A stretch of DNA of 62,948 nt, the filler included, from Octopus bimaculoides (lineage: Eukaryota), in the NCBI RefSeq assembly GCF_001194135.2. It is 7 parts of 6 records of this genome, joined end to end, with 100 filler letters (N's around TTAATTAATTAA, not from the genome) between each part and the next. Parts side by side here need not be neighbours in the genome. Positions count along the whole stretch, not along the records: positions 13,754 to 30,492 come from NC_068999.1; 6 more parts are not named here. One strand, given 5' to 3'. The notes under the pieces are model-generated. The model saw only the letters and a program-made list of their open reading frames with translations. It did no database searches and was not told the DNA's origin. Positions 14,391 through 26,780 of this stretch are shown piece after piece. Position numbers and translations under genes: made by a program. The first letter of the stretch is position 1. Every line of letters starts with the position of its first letter.

Positions 14391-15355
14391 AATAACAAGT
14401 GATGAAAGATGGATGAAGACAAAAAATAGAGTTTTACAAGGATATTTGGATGCTTGACACAAACAAAAACTTTACTGATGTCATGTGCATGAATATTATT
14501 TACAACATATTTTTCAAAGGTGAGGACTCACTAGTAACTGACACAGGAGACTAGGTCCTGCAGTCAATCTAGCTTTATAATGCAAACTTCCTTTTTTAAA
14601 AGTGGTTTAAATTAAAAACTTTCATCAAAATTTCATTTATGTTCTAAACACCAGCCTAATTATGACAAAGTTATTTTACTAAATTCTGTGTTGCTTTTAA
14701 AATGAAAGGAAATGAAGGTAAATGTGTTGCAGTAGGAATATGGTTAAGAAAAATATCAAGGGAGAGAGATGCAAAGTGTTGGAAAAGGTTGCTGTTCGTG
14801 GCTGTCACAATCACATTAATGTATAATGGAAGGGAGGATAATAGGGCAATAGAGCAGTAATGGCAAGGTCATGGGAGCTGCTTCCTAGGCAATGGGATAC
14901 ACTATATAGATTGGTGACAATTAGGGCTAGTTCTAGAGAACGTTGTTTGTGGGGAACATTATTGGAATTGAGTAGCTTTGTTGGTTTTAAGCAAACACAG
15001 GTACTTCCACACTTGCCACATATGTGAATAGTAATGAGCTCGGTGGAGAGGAAAAAGACAGTTTTGGAGATTTGCTTGCTGTATAAGGTGCGAAAGTAAC
15101 TATGGAGGCTTTCTCTAAAGTATTCTTTTATATATTTTGCCTGAGTTGCACAGGCACTCCTGTATTATTCATACTGTTGTTCTCAGAATTTGATACTGGC
15201 AATGCTGTGTGGTTAAGAAGTTAAATTTGCAACTATGTGATTTGAGGTTTACTTCCATGTGCCTTAGGCAAAAGTTTTCTATCATAGCATCAGATTTACC
15301 AATGTTAGTATAATTTAGATGGGAACTGTGCTGAAGCCCACCTGTAACCAAACCA

Positions 15356-16444
15356 TTAGGGTGTTTAACTCATAAAATCATAGGCTCAATTCTTTTTCAA
15401 AGCTATAATGGAAGTGACAAAGGAGTTCAATAAAGGCAACAATGCAACAGAAAGTGTGACGAATATTAATGCAGTATATGAGGATTGGACAATAAGTGTA
15501 AGCTAGTGTCAATGGTGGTTCCAGAAATTCCAAGCCAGAAACTATAGCCTAGAAGACAAGCCTCGTCAAGGAAGATCCGTAGAGCTGGTCGAGAATGTCC
15601 TGCAAACCCTGGTGGAACAAAATACCATTGTAACTGTCGAGGAACTAGCAGAGAAACTTGGATTTGGTCATTCAACCATTCATTGACACTTGCATGCCAT
15701 CGGAAAAGTCAGCAAATTGGGTCAGTGGGTTCCTCACAAACTTTCCGAGTCTAATTGCATGCAGGGAATGAATGTGTGCTCTTCTTTGTTGTCATGTCTC
15801 ACGAATGAACCTTTTTTGAACAGAATAGTGACAGGTGACAAGAAATGGGTTCGCTATAAAAATGTCAAATGCCGAAGACAGTGAATAGGGACAGGAGAAA
15901 TACCAGCAACCCAAGCTAAAGAAGGTCTCCACCCACGTAAGGGGCTGTTATCTGTTTGGTGGGATATGAAAAGTTTAGTCCAATTTGAACTTTTAAACCC
16001 AAACCAAATGATAACAAAGGAGATCTACTGCGAGCAGCTTGAATGGCTTAAGTCAGTGCTAGAAGAAAAACAACTATCTTTGGTTTCAAGATGAAAGGTA
16101 TTCTTCCATCAGGATAATGCTCAGCCACATGCAGTAAGGATGACATTCCAAAGGCTGGAGCAGTGTAAATGGGAAACGATGCCCCACACACCATATTTGT
16201 TGGACATGGCCCCATCTGTTTATTATTTATTCTGCAGTCTTCAAAATCATTTGGACAGAAAAAATATGAACTCTGTAGACGAAGTCAGAACAGTACTGGA
16301 GGAGTATTTTTCATCACAGACAAGTGAATGTATGGTAGAAAATGAAGGAGAATATATTTTAAATGAAAAAAACAAATCTTTATCTTAATTTTAGAAAATA
16401 AAAGAAGTATAAAAAAACTGCATTATTTATGGGATGACCCAATA
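15356..16444 (+). mobile_element. Mariner (DD34D) transposon, decayed
   Basis: WVPHKL, IVTGDKKW, LLSVWWD, HQDNAQPH and HTPYLLDMAPSVYYLF (YSPDLAPSD-like) motifs with stops and frameshifts. Right end ATTATTTATGGGATGACCCAATA is TIR-like; the left TIR is poorly preserved. Confidence 0.92.
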
Positions 16445-16449
16445 CATAA

Positions 16450-16830
16450 CAAAGACAAGAGGTTTTCACTGTCATTACATCATATGATGAAGGAACACTA
16501 GTGATGAGACCACATTCAGAGTAAGGCTACTCAAATCATTGGCATAAAGTCTCTCAAGACACATTTCAGCCTTTGGCTCACAAGCATGCTTCTCTCTTCC
16601 TTTCCTGGAATTGGCTGGCCTCATATCAGCATCCTTCAGGCAAGACCAATGTATTCACCTCTCTTCACCTATGTTGTGCCCAACCCCACCACTAGCCACT
16701 ACGCCCACTGCCTCCTACCCAGAATTTAGAACTACCTATCTTCTCATGTCTTTCATGAAGGTGGTGACTTGCAACAGTTTAAGCAGAATATTAACAACAT
16801 CAATCTCGTTAGTCTTAGAGAATTAGCAAA
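16450..16830 (+). mobile_element. Decayed CR1/L2-superclade LINE ORF2 C-terminus
   Basis: IQSKATQIIG..FQPLAH..ASL and LQQFKQNINNINL pattern typical of CR1/L2 3' ends. Confidence 0.55.
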
Positions 16831-18044
16831 GGACATAAGCAGCACTTCCGTTTCCAGACCCTACTAACAATTATGCCAGCAAAGAGAATAGGAATAAGAA
16901 AACCAAAAGTTTAAACACAATTATGTCATATGATGAATGTATGCATGAATGTTCAGCAAAGTTCTGAGCTCAGCTCCCACTTAAATTGTGATACCTTACA
17001 ACCCCCCACCCCAAAAAAAAGTACCTAAAGGAGACTGTTAAAGAACTTAGCTGAAAGTTGCAAAAAGTTTGAAACATAAGAAGAGTTAAAGAATAATGGT
17101 GATAATATGCAGATGGACTTAACTGATAATCAACAAATAAATGAATAATTTACAATTCAGAGTTTAAATATATTAAAAATTTTCCACTTTTCATTTAAGG
17201 ATAAAATTTTCACTGCAGATATTTTTTATGATTAAAAAAATATCAAACATACCTTTTTTGGTGTAGGTGGGCCCTCCATAATTTTAAAAGATCTACAAAT
17301 ATAAAATGAAATGCAATTAGAAAAATTAAAATATATGAAATTTTTCAATAACTAAATTAAGATTTTGATAGATTGCAATGAATATTGATAAAAATGAAGT
17401 GGGCAGGGAGCAATATCCTGTTGAAATACTGTGATAAAATGGGGTGGAGATGGTCATTATTCTGGAGAAGCACTGTGATAAGGAATGGTCATTATTCTGA
17501 AGTGGTAGTAGTCAGAGAGACATATAATAGTGAATAAGAGAGCAGAGACAATTGTATCAGTGGGAAAATAGTGAAGGTAGGGAAGACATTAGATATTCCA
17601 AATTTAAAACACAGCAAAACTGTTGTTCAGATGTTCATATATTCACTCTCAGAATTCTGTTTTATGATTACAATTATTTAAGAATTGAGCTGATAAAATG
17701 GATCTACATAAAACTCCTTTAGTAAAGACAGAGAGATCAAAAACCAAATAAATAATGATGATTAGTGTCAACAAAGAACAGTTGATATAATCTATAAGCT
17801 GAAGAAAAAATGTGTATGCCTTGAGAAGTGAGTTGTGATATTTTAGGTAAAACCTTCAGTGTGATTTTATCAAGTGAATACATTCAGTTCTCAGTGTATC
17901 TCAGATGCTTTTACTGTGTACTCAGTGACTATACAATAAATGGTTCTAGACTTCATATAGAATCAAAAGAATATTTAGCAGTGTGAAAGGTGTAGTTAAA
18001 GACTACTTAATATAGATTGACTTTCAGGTTTCCTGAAGATAGGT

Positions 18045-18420
18045 GCAGGCATGGCTGTATGGAGGGAAGTTTGCTTCCCAACCACATGGTTCCAGGTTCA
18101 GTCCTACTGCGTGGCACCTTGGGTAGGTGTCTTCTATTATAGCTTCAGGCTGACCAAGGCCTTGTGGATGGATTTGATGGACAGAAACTGATAGAAACCC
18201 ATCATGTGCGTGTGCGCATGCATGCATGTGCATGTGTCTGTTTGTCCCCACCACCACTTGACTGCCGGTGTTAGTGTATTTACGTTCCCATAACTTAGTG
18301 GTTCAGCAAAAGAGAGAATAAGTATCAGGCTTAAAAAACATAAACAAGGTTGATTCATCTGACTAAAATTTCTTCAAGGCAATGCCCCAGCATGGCCACA
18401 GTCTAGTGACAAAAACAAGT
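18045..18420 (+). mobile_element. CORE-type tRNA SINE family A (OR2-like), near full length
   Basis: tRNA-like head GGCTGT..GGTTCCAGGTTCAGTCC, MIR-like core GTGGCACCTTGGG, internal microsatellite and family 3' end. Confidence 0.85.
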
Positions 18421-18628
18421 TGAAGTTGATATCACTATGAATTTTTCAAAATAATAAAATTTAATTTCTACTGTACTTTTTCTTGGAGAGTATCCAAAAA
18501 GAAACATTTTGATAACTCAATAGCGTAATTTCGATATTTTAGGAAATATGACAATTTGAAAAAACAACAACACGAGGACGTGGTACAAGTAATGTATTAT
18601 CAGACGCTCAAAAAAGGAAAGAAAGAGG

Positions 18629-18663
18629 ATTTAACGTTTCGAGCAAAGCTCTTCTTAAGAAAT
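18629..18663 (-). ncRNA. Decayed minimal type-I hammerhead ribozyme (Penelope pLTR type)
   Basis: Minus strand attt-CTTAAGA-A-gagc-ttt-gctc-GAAAC-GTT-aaat: 4-bp stems I and II, palindromic ACGT stem III; G5 is mutated to T. Confidence 0.65.
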
Positions 18664-18807
18664 AGAGGAAAGATGGAGGAATAAAATTGCCAACGATTCA
18701 CATGTGGTTACATTTTAAAATGACAGGAAGGGAATGGGTGAAGGAAAAGTTCTAAGACAGGAGAGCGCAAAAGAAGGAGGTATGTGTATGTATGTGCATG
18801 CGCACAG

Positions 18808-18853
<46 letters not shown>

Positions 18854-18924
18854 GTGGACTTTGTGCCGTTTAATGTCGAAGGAAGAATTTACAGTAAGAA
18901 TTTATAGTAGGAGTGGCTGGTGTT

Positions 18925-19150
18925 TAAGGCAGCGAGCTGACAGAAATGTTAGCACGCTAGGCAAAATGCTTAGCGGTATTCCGTCTGCCATTACGTTCTG
19001 AGTTCAAATTCTACCGAGGTCGACTTTGCCTTTCATCCTTTCGGGGTCGATAAATTAAGTACCAGTTACGCACTGGGGTTGATGAAATCAACTTAATCCC
19101 TTTGTCTGTCCTTGTTTGTCCCCTCTATGCTTAGCCCCTTGTGGGCAATA
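18925..19150 (+). mobile_element. tRNA-SINE family B, full length
   Basis: AGGCAGCGAGCTGACAGAA..GAGTTCAAATTC..GACTTTGCCTTTCATCCTTTCGGGGTCGATAAATTAAGTACCAG. Confidence 0.88.
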
Positions 19151-19184
19151 AAGAAGTAAGAAAGGTGTTTAACTGGTAGTTTGA

Positions 19185-19805
19185 AGTATGTGTGTGTGTG
19201 TGTTTATGCATATGTTGTGTGTTGTGCGTGCATGTGTGTGTATGTATGTGCATGTATGTGTGTGCGTGTGGTTGTGTCTGTGAAGTAAATGTGCGTTATT
19301 CTGTGTCAGCGCATACATGCGTGCATGTCAATGTATGTATAATTGTGTGCATGTATGTATGTATGAGTGTGGGTTGTGTGTATGTGGGAGGTATGTATGG
19401 GTTTATTTGCGTGTGCATGTGTGTCTGTGTGTGTGTGGGGTTGTGTAGGTTAGGTATGTGTGTGTATGTGTGCATTTGTGTACGTGTGTATGCGCGTGTA
19501 TGTGTGTGCATGTGGAGTGTGTGGGAGGTATATGTGCATTGATGTGTGTGCACGTGGGTGTGTGGGTGTGTGTATGACCGTGTGTGTAGTGAGTGTGCAT
19601 GGGGGTGTGTGTTGTGTGGAGGTATATGTGCGTTTGTGTGTGGACGTGTATGTGCACGTGCATGTGTGTGTGGATGTATGTGCGTGTGTATGTGCGTGTA
19701 TGTGTTGTATATGTGTGGTGTGTGTGGGAGGTATATGTGCGTTCATGTGTGTGCGCGGGTGCGTGTATTTTTTCGTGTGTGTGTATGTGTGCGCGTATAT
19801 ATATA
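19185..19805. repeat. Long degenerate (GT)/(AT) microsatellite
   Basis: Direct sequence. Confidence 0.9.
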
Positions 19806-19949
19806 AATAAAATAAAATATACTAAATTATAATAAAATAAGGTTGATGGGGATGAAGAGGTTAATACTATATAAAATAGCGCAATTAAAAACAAAAAATG
19901 AAATAAAGTTGCTTTGTTGCAGGAGGTTGTAGAGACAGTCATATGGAGG

Positions 19950-20630
19950 ATGGGGTTGTGTTTAGTCCGAAGGGGATAGTTTTTCATAGATTAAAAATAT
20001 AATGCTGTTCCAGGCAGAGTTGCAAGTGTGTGAATTCGTGATGGGCGAAGTGATGGACGATGGGGGTTTTTGAATGTAGCCAAACATCCCTTAGATGTTC
20101 AGTGAACTGGTCGGCCAACCGGCGGCCCATCTGACCTACATATAGTTTACCACAGAGGTTGCATCTAATACAGTATATGAGGCTAGAAAGAGTGCAAGAG
20201 AAGGAATTTGTGATATGGAGAGTGTGCTGGTTGGAACCAGTGAGGGAGGTGGTGTTGGTGATGAAGGGGCAGGTGTGGCAGCAGGATCTGGAGCACGGGA
20301 AGGATCCGGGTGGGAGGAAGAGGTACTGTAGACCAGTAGATCGCGTAGTTTCTGGGTACGTTTAAAGGAGAAGGGCAGGTTGGGGAAAATGGGGCGAGTG
20401 GGGGGACCGAGCTGGAGACGACGGAAGGCCCATAAGATCCTCCAACGAAGGGGTAGGGTGGAGGGGTGGGAAAGGAGAGGAAAGGGGGTGCGGTTAGAGG
20501 ATTGGTGTGGGGAAGGAGAGAGGGCGGTGGTGCGATCGATTCAACAAGTGTAGGCATGGGCGGTTTGGATAAAGGTTGAGGGGTATCCTTGATGCAGGTG
20601 GGCAAGGTACTGGGACTGGGTCTCGAAATC
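19950..20630 (-). mobile_element. Penelope-like element relic with GIY-YIG endonuclease
   Basis: Minus strand KRTQKLRDLLVYS then FSCTLSSLIYCIRCNLCGKLYVGQMGRRLADQFTEHLRDV..PIVHHF..TIPFGLN, diagnostic PLE linker and GIY-YIG motifs. Confidence 0.88.
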
Positions 20631-20949
20631 ATATAAAATGATTAGATACCAATGGACCCAAAAGAAGAAATGTTCAGATAAGCATCTTTGTTTGATCTAG
20701 CAATATTAACCTCATTTTAGAGCACTCATACTATTATTATTTATTTATCTATCTATCTAATTACCTATAAAGTGTTGTCTATTCCTATGCTGTATGCTAT
20801 GGTAAAGTTAAGAAATCCAAGTGTTCAATTCTGTTTCTTCTCCCATCTTGCTCATATTATATCTGAATCCTTGCTTTTTCCATGTTATAAGTTAAATAAT
20901 GGCTTTTGCCTTGTTTGAATATTTTACATGGCCTTATCTAGTGAATAGG

Positions 20950-23882
20950 GCAGCCATGATGTTTGGTCATTTGCGGAGCACCTGCCCAAATCACCCCACC
21001 ACTTGTATGGGAAATGTTTCTCTTTGAACCTCTACTGGAAGTCTTTATCCTCAAGCCTCTACCAGAAGTCTTTCTCCTAATACCTCTATCGGATACCTAT
21101 ACAGAATGCTCTCTCCCCAATTTTCATCTCTATCCAGTGGCTATCTGCTGGTAAATGTGGTGAATGTGAAGCGAATAAAATGACAGTGAAGTAAATGCAG
21201 GTTGAAACCTATTTGTACTTATACAATATGTCTGTGAAACATGCATACGAGCTTTCTTTCCAGATGCAAAATGCTGTCCCTCATCCGTGTCTTCCTGACC
21301 CACACTTTTCCACACCCTCAGAGTTTGCACACTTAATGTGGACACGTTGAAAGGTAGGTCTGGTGAGATTGTTGAGATGCTTGAATAGAAGCATGTAGAT
21401 GTGTGTTGCATCTATGAAATAAGGTGGAGAGGAGGTTCAGCTATGTTCCTCACAGACAAACAATTTAGGTATAAAATCTTCTGGATAGGGACTAGCAATG
21501 GGGTTGGAGGCATGGGTATACTTCTAGCTGAGAAATGGGTTGATAAGGTAATCAAGGTAATCAAGGTGAGACAATACTTAAGCTAAGACTAGTGTTGCCA
21601 CAGGGAACAACAACCATTACCTCAACCTATGCCCTTCAGCCAAATCTACAGGATGGACAGAAAGACTGATTTTATGACACCCTCTTGCAGACCACCTCAT
21701 TGACGAATGACAGGGACCTTCACTTTGTGGTTGGCGACTTCAATGGATATGTTGGGCAACATCTAGGTGGCTACAATGGCATGCATGATGGCAACGGATT
21801 TGGTTCGCATAATGAGGAGGGAACCAGGCTACTAGAGTTCTGCAATGCAAATGATCTCATGGTCAGCAAAACTAACTTTAGGAAACCTGCCAATCACCTG
21901 TTCACCTATCAATTGGGTGTGCACATTAGTCAGATTGACTACATTCTCACCAGAAAATGGGAAAGCTGGCTGCTTATAAATGCCATAAAATTCCCAGGTG
22001 AAGAATATGTTCCACAACATAGGTTAGTTGTTAGCGACTTCAGGATCAGGGGCTAAATAGCTGCCAAGAAGACAACCAGTGTGGAAAAGAAAGGTATGCA
22101 AGCTTAAGGATGCTCTGAATGGACAGAGATTTAGAGATGTGTTACTTGAAGCATTTGACAAAAAAGAGGAAGATATAGTGACATACAACATGGAGGACAA
22201 CTGGAGGTTCCTACGGCACAACCTGCTGAGGGTTACTGACCAAATCTGTGGCTAGTGCAAAGTCCTTTCTTGACCTAAGGTGACATGGTGATGGAACAGT
22301 GTAGATGACAGGGCCATTAGAGAAAAGAAACAGGTCTGGAAGGTGGGGGTAGCTAGGAACTGTATGAAATAGCTAGCTCAGACTTGTTCAATGCAGGAGC
22401 ATGACTGATGCTATATTCCTGGTTAAGCAACTGCAGGAGAAATATTTAGCCAAAAATAAACCTCTGTATCTGGCTTTTGTCAACATGAAGAAAGCCTTTG
22501 ACAGAGTCTCCCGCTTCCTTATCTGGTTGTCAATGCGGAAACTAGGGATAGATGAGTGATTAGTGAGAGCAGTACAAACCATGTACAAGGACGCTGCCAG
22601 TAAGGTGAAGGTTGGTAACGAGGATAGCAATGAATTCAGTGTATAGGTAGGAGTCCACCCCCCCCCCCCCCNNNNNNNNNNNNNNNNNNNNNNNNNNNNN
22701 NNNNNCCCCTGTTTATCCTAGTCTTCTAGGCCTTAACAGAGGAATTCAAGACTGGCTGTTCCTGGCAGTTCCTCTACACTAATGACCTAGTTCTTATAGC
22801 TGAACTCACTACCTGACCTAGAGAAAAAATTTCAGGTGTGGAATCTAAGGGCCTTAGGGTAAACTTAGCAAAAACCAAAGTCCCAGTAAGTAGGAAAACA
22901 CAGACCACAAGTCCCTTCTGGGAGATGGCCCAGCTCAATACGCAAGAAGAATGTTGGTAGAAACTCCATACATTGTACCCAGTGCAGGCTTTGGACACAT
23001 AAGAGGTGCAGCAGTATCAAAGGAAGGTTAACGGAGAATATAGCCTTTGTGTGTGGCAAATGTGCAGGTAAATTAAACACTAAAAATACACAGACGACAG
23101 GTTCCTTCAAATGCTCAGGTGGTTCATTAGAAGAAGCAGATAGCTTCTGTTACCTAAGGGACCAAGTTAGTAGGGGGGAGGGGAGTTCTGAAAGTGTAGT
23201 TGCTAGGATAAGAACAGGCTAGTTCAGTGAGCTACTTTTGTTGATAACTAAGGGCTTCTCACTTAGAGTGAAAGGCAGATTGTATTATGTCTCTGTATGT
23301 ACAGCTATGTTACATGGCAGTGAAACACAGGTTTTGACTACAGAGGACTTGTGAAGGCTTGAAAGAAATGAAGCTAGCATGTTCTGCTGGATGGGTAATG
23401 TCAATGTGCATGATTGACAGAATGTAAATGATTTAAGAGGAAAACTGTGTATAAGGGCCATCAGATGCTGTGTGCAAGAGAGAAGACAGCACTGGTTTGA
23501 TCATTTGATGTTTATGCATGAGGACAGCTGCATAAAGAAGTGCTGAGCTCTAATTGTGGAAATGGTAGACCCAGGAAGATGTGGGATGAAGGATCTTCAG
23601 ATGCTGAGCCACACTACAGAAATGACAAGGGATCAGGAGATGTGGTGATTTGCTGTACATGATAAGACACATCAAGCTAAGTAAAATCGCTGTCTTCCAC
23701 ACATACAGTGACACATAAAAAGCACATAGCATACTCTGTTAACTGGTTGGCATTAGGAAGGGCATCCAGCCATAGAAACCATGCCACAACAGACAGTTGG
23801 TATCCCACTAGCCAACTCCACATCAAACCCTCCAACCTATGCCAGCATGGAGACTGGACATTAAATGATAATGATGATGATG
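20950..23882 (+). mobile_element. Near full-length decayed RTE LINE (APE endonuclease plus RT) with internal deletion
   Basis: TLNVDTLKGR, DVCCIYEIRWRG, GMGILLAEKW, VVGDFNGYVG, QIDYILTRK and HRLVVSDF (APE); DAIFLVKQLQEKY, KKAFDRV and LYTNDLVL (RT); 3' UTR and (GAT)n. The RT N-terminal motifs are missing near 22385. The 5' boundary is approximate. Confidence 0.92.
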
Positions 23883-23904
23883 TACATATATATATATATA
23901 TAAA

Positions 23905-24101
23905 TTTTCATCATGTTGAACTGTTAATCCCTACACATTTTTCTCTTGCCATTTCTTTCATTTTCACTCCTTTCTTTCCTCTTAATCCTTTCTGTCGAAG
24001 AGCGTAGGTTCAAAACATAAAAGACTTTTCCATTCTTCCCAAACATTAAACTAATACTTGTTTCTACACCAGTCTTCATGTATTTTTTCTGTAAATTTGA
24101 A

Positions 24102-24110
<9 letters not shown>
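23905..24110 (+). mobile_element. About 200-bp short element with decayed hammerhead-like core, copy 1
   Basis: Homologous to 37905-38110 (minus strand). Core cttt-CTGTCGA-A-gagc-gtag-gttc-AAAAC-ATA-aaag at 23988-24023; flanked by (TA)n. Confidence 0.7.
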
Positions 24111-24132
<22 letters not shown>

Positions 24133-24134
24133 CA

Positions 24135-24400
24135 AAGAAATAATAACAAACAATGGATAATTGTCAGCTCATTACAGCTGTTTCTGACGCATTATTTTTT
24201 AAATGGAAGAATGAGGACATTACTTCATTACAAAAAGCTGTAATCATAAAATGAAACATAATTTTACAAACAGAAGAATATCCCAAGAATATGGCTCTTC
24301 TGTTTGTAAAATTGCTTCATCTGATGATTATAGATTGTCTATTAAAAAATGCATAAGAAACAGCTGTAATGAACTGACAATTATTCATTGTTATTATTCA
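24135..24400. repeat. Fold-back (long imperfect palindrome) carrying two outward-facing hammerhead-like motifs
   Basis: Arms ATAATTGTCAGCTCATTACAGCTGTTTCT / AGAAACAGCTGTAATGAACTGACAATTAT and inner TTTTACAAACAGAAG / CTTCTGTTTGTAAAA. Confidence 0.85.
24316..24373 (+). ncRNA. Minimal type-I hammerhead ribozyme candidate with intact core
   Basis: ttcat-CTGATGA-ttat..ataa-GAAAC-agct-GTA-atgaa: 5-bp stem I, 4-bp stem II, palindromic ACAGCTGT stem III, GUA triplet. Confidence 0.75.
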
Positions 24401-24654
24401 CTTGATTATAATACACCAAGGGGATTAACGACTTGTCGGCCACCCTAGAGTATACCAACATCATACAATTCAACATAATGCGTGCTTTGAACCAGCCTGT
24501 AGGTGCTAAATACTCATAGCGTTGGTTTTCTCTGGGTACACAACTGGAATATCTTATCTGATACTTGTTAACCACAGGCTGGAACAGGTTTATCCAACCC
24601 TACCTGGAGCATATCTTTTCAAGTACCCAATTCTGTCTGAATCCTTATTTTACT

Positions 24655-24864
24655 ATTCTTTTACTTTATTCTTTTACTTGTTTCAGTCATTTGACTGTGG
24701 CCGTGCTGGAGCACTGCCTTTAGTTGAACAAATTGACCCCAGAACTTATTCTTTGTAAGCCTGGTAATTATTCTATCGATCTCTTTGGCCAAACTAAGTT
24801 ATGAGGATGTAAACATACCAACATTGGATGTCAAGCAATGGTGAGGGGACAAACACAGACACAC

Positions 24865-24899
<35 letters not shown>

Positions 24900-24914
24900 T
24901 ATATATATACATAT

Positions 24915-24966
<52 letters not shown>

Positions 24967-25228
24967 TCATCATCATCATTTAACGTCCGCCTTCCATGCT
25001 AGCATGGGTTGGACGATTTGACTGAGGACTGGTGAAACCGGATATATATATATACACACATATATATACGATGGGCTTGTTTTGGTTTCCGTCTACGAAA
25101 TCTACTCACAAGGCTTTGGTTGGTCGTTATATTAGAAGACACTTGCCCAAAGTGCCACGCAGTGGACTGAACCTGGAACCATGTGGTTGGGAAGCAAGTT
25201 TCTTACCACACAGCCATTCTTGCACCTA
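24655..25228 (-). mobile_element. CORE-type SINE family A interrupted in its internal microsatellite by an RTE 3' tail (24963-25042)
   Basis: Family 3' end at 24655-24870, head at 25060-25228; the RTE tail CATCATTTAACGTCCGC..CTGGTGAAACCGG lies between them. Confidence 0.85.
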
Positions 25229-25235
25229 TATATAC

Positions 25236-26280
25236 AGGGGTTGGACAAAATGGAAACACCTAGCATTATAATTTTGCAATTTCTATAAAACTGTCAAAAC
25301 TTGTTTATTTTAATGTTTTTTGATTTTATTATTATAGTGTTGCTCAATATATTTTGCTAAAATTGCTGTTTCTCTTCAGATATCATCAGAAAAGGGTAAT
25401 TAAAATTCATTAAAATAACAGATCTATCAGTCTTTCAAAGAGGTCAAATTGTTGGTGCTCATATGGCGGGCACTAGCATAATGAAAACAGCCGAAATTTT
25501 TGGTGTATCAAGAATTACTGTCTCGAAAGTAATGATAGCCTTTGAGAAAGAGGGAAAAACCTCCTCATGGAAACAAAACTCCAGAAGAAAACCAAAACTT
25601 TCTGATAAGGACCGTTAGACTCTTACATGAATTGTTAGAAAGGATCACAAAATTACTACAGAGCTTAATGACCACTTGTTCGCCAGGAGCTGCACAAAGC
25701 TGGATTTCATGAGAGGGCTGCAATCAGAAAACCACTAGCCAAAAGAAGCATTTGACCCAGACTGCCTTCTTCCAACTGTTAAACATGGGGGAGGATCTGT
25801 GATGATGGAGGGGGGATATCTCTTGGAAATCCACCAGCCCAATGGTTCCCCTTCATGGCAGAATTAATAGTCAAGACTATTTAAGCATTTTATCTGATCA
25901 AATTCACCTTATGGTTGCAGAACAGTTTCCAGAGGGAAATGCAATCTTTCAGGATGATAATGCACCAAATCACACAGCTAAAGTTGTTACTGAATGGCAC
26001 GAGGAACATTCTGGTGAAGTTGAACATCTTATCTGACCACCACAATCCTCAGATCTCAATATTGCTGAACATTTATGCTGCATTTTAGAAAAACAAGTAA
26101 GTAGTCAATATCCTCCACCATAATCACTACAAGAACTGGAGATTGTTTTAGCTGAAGAATGGACAAAAATTCGTTTGGAAATAATTCAAACTTTGTACGA
26201 GTCCATACCTCATAGAATTCAAGCAGTCCTACTACCCCATATTAAAATTAATTTGTCTGAAATTTTAAGGTGTTTCCATT
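25236..26280 (+). mobile_element. Tc1-family transposon, decayed and internally deleted
   Basis: TA-CAGGGGTTGGACAAAATGGAAACACC left TIR; GGTGTTTCCATT partial right TIR. Peptides DLSVFQRGQIVGA..FGVSRITVSKVM, FQDDNAPNH and PPQSSDLNIAEHL. Confidence 0.9.
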
Positions 26281-26283
26281 ATA

Positions 26284-26456
26284 CCCTTTAGCATTTAAAC
26301 TGACCAGATCTAGCTTTTTACACCTGCCCAACAATATTATTCTAAAAATAAGCAATCATATCAAAATCTCAAAGCAACAAGATAATGTATGATGAATTCA
26401 AAACAATGTGAAAAAATAAACATTACATTTCACAAAATAATCTGAATCCTAAAGGG
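26284..26456. mobile_element. piggyBac-type MITE
   Basis: TIRs CCCTTTAGCATT / AATCCTAAAGGG; flanks TATA and TTAT (degenerate TTAA). Confidence 0.7.
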
Positions 26457-26780
26457 TTATTTTATATTGTTTATTTAACATGTAAGAATTGAATGTAAAG
26501 GTATGTAGCGTCTCCTTGAGGTGTAAGTTGCATTTTAGTTTCCTGCCATTGTATGGTAATGTACTATTTATTATAGATCATTTAATATTGTACATAACAT
26601 TCCCTCTCTATGTTGTTCCAGAGAAATTTACTTAAAAAAGTGAAATTTTCTTTTTTTTCTATATTCAAATGAAGAAATGTGATAGAATCTTGACTTAAAA
26701 CAGTTGCATAAGTACCTATATAATAGTAAGTACATGCTCCTATTGTTACTGAACATTTATAAAGTTAAGTTTTTTCTTAA

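Noticed and set aside
25368-25392. Minus-strand CTGATGA..GAAAC within Tc1
   Set aside because: No helices support a hammerhead.
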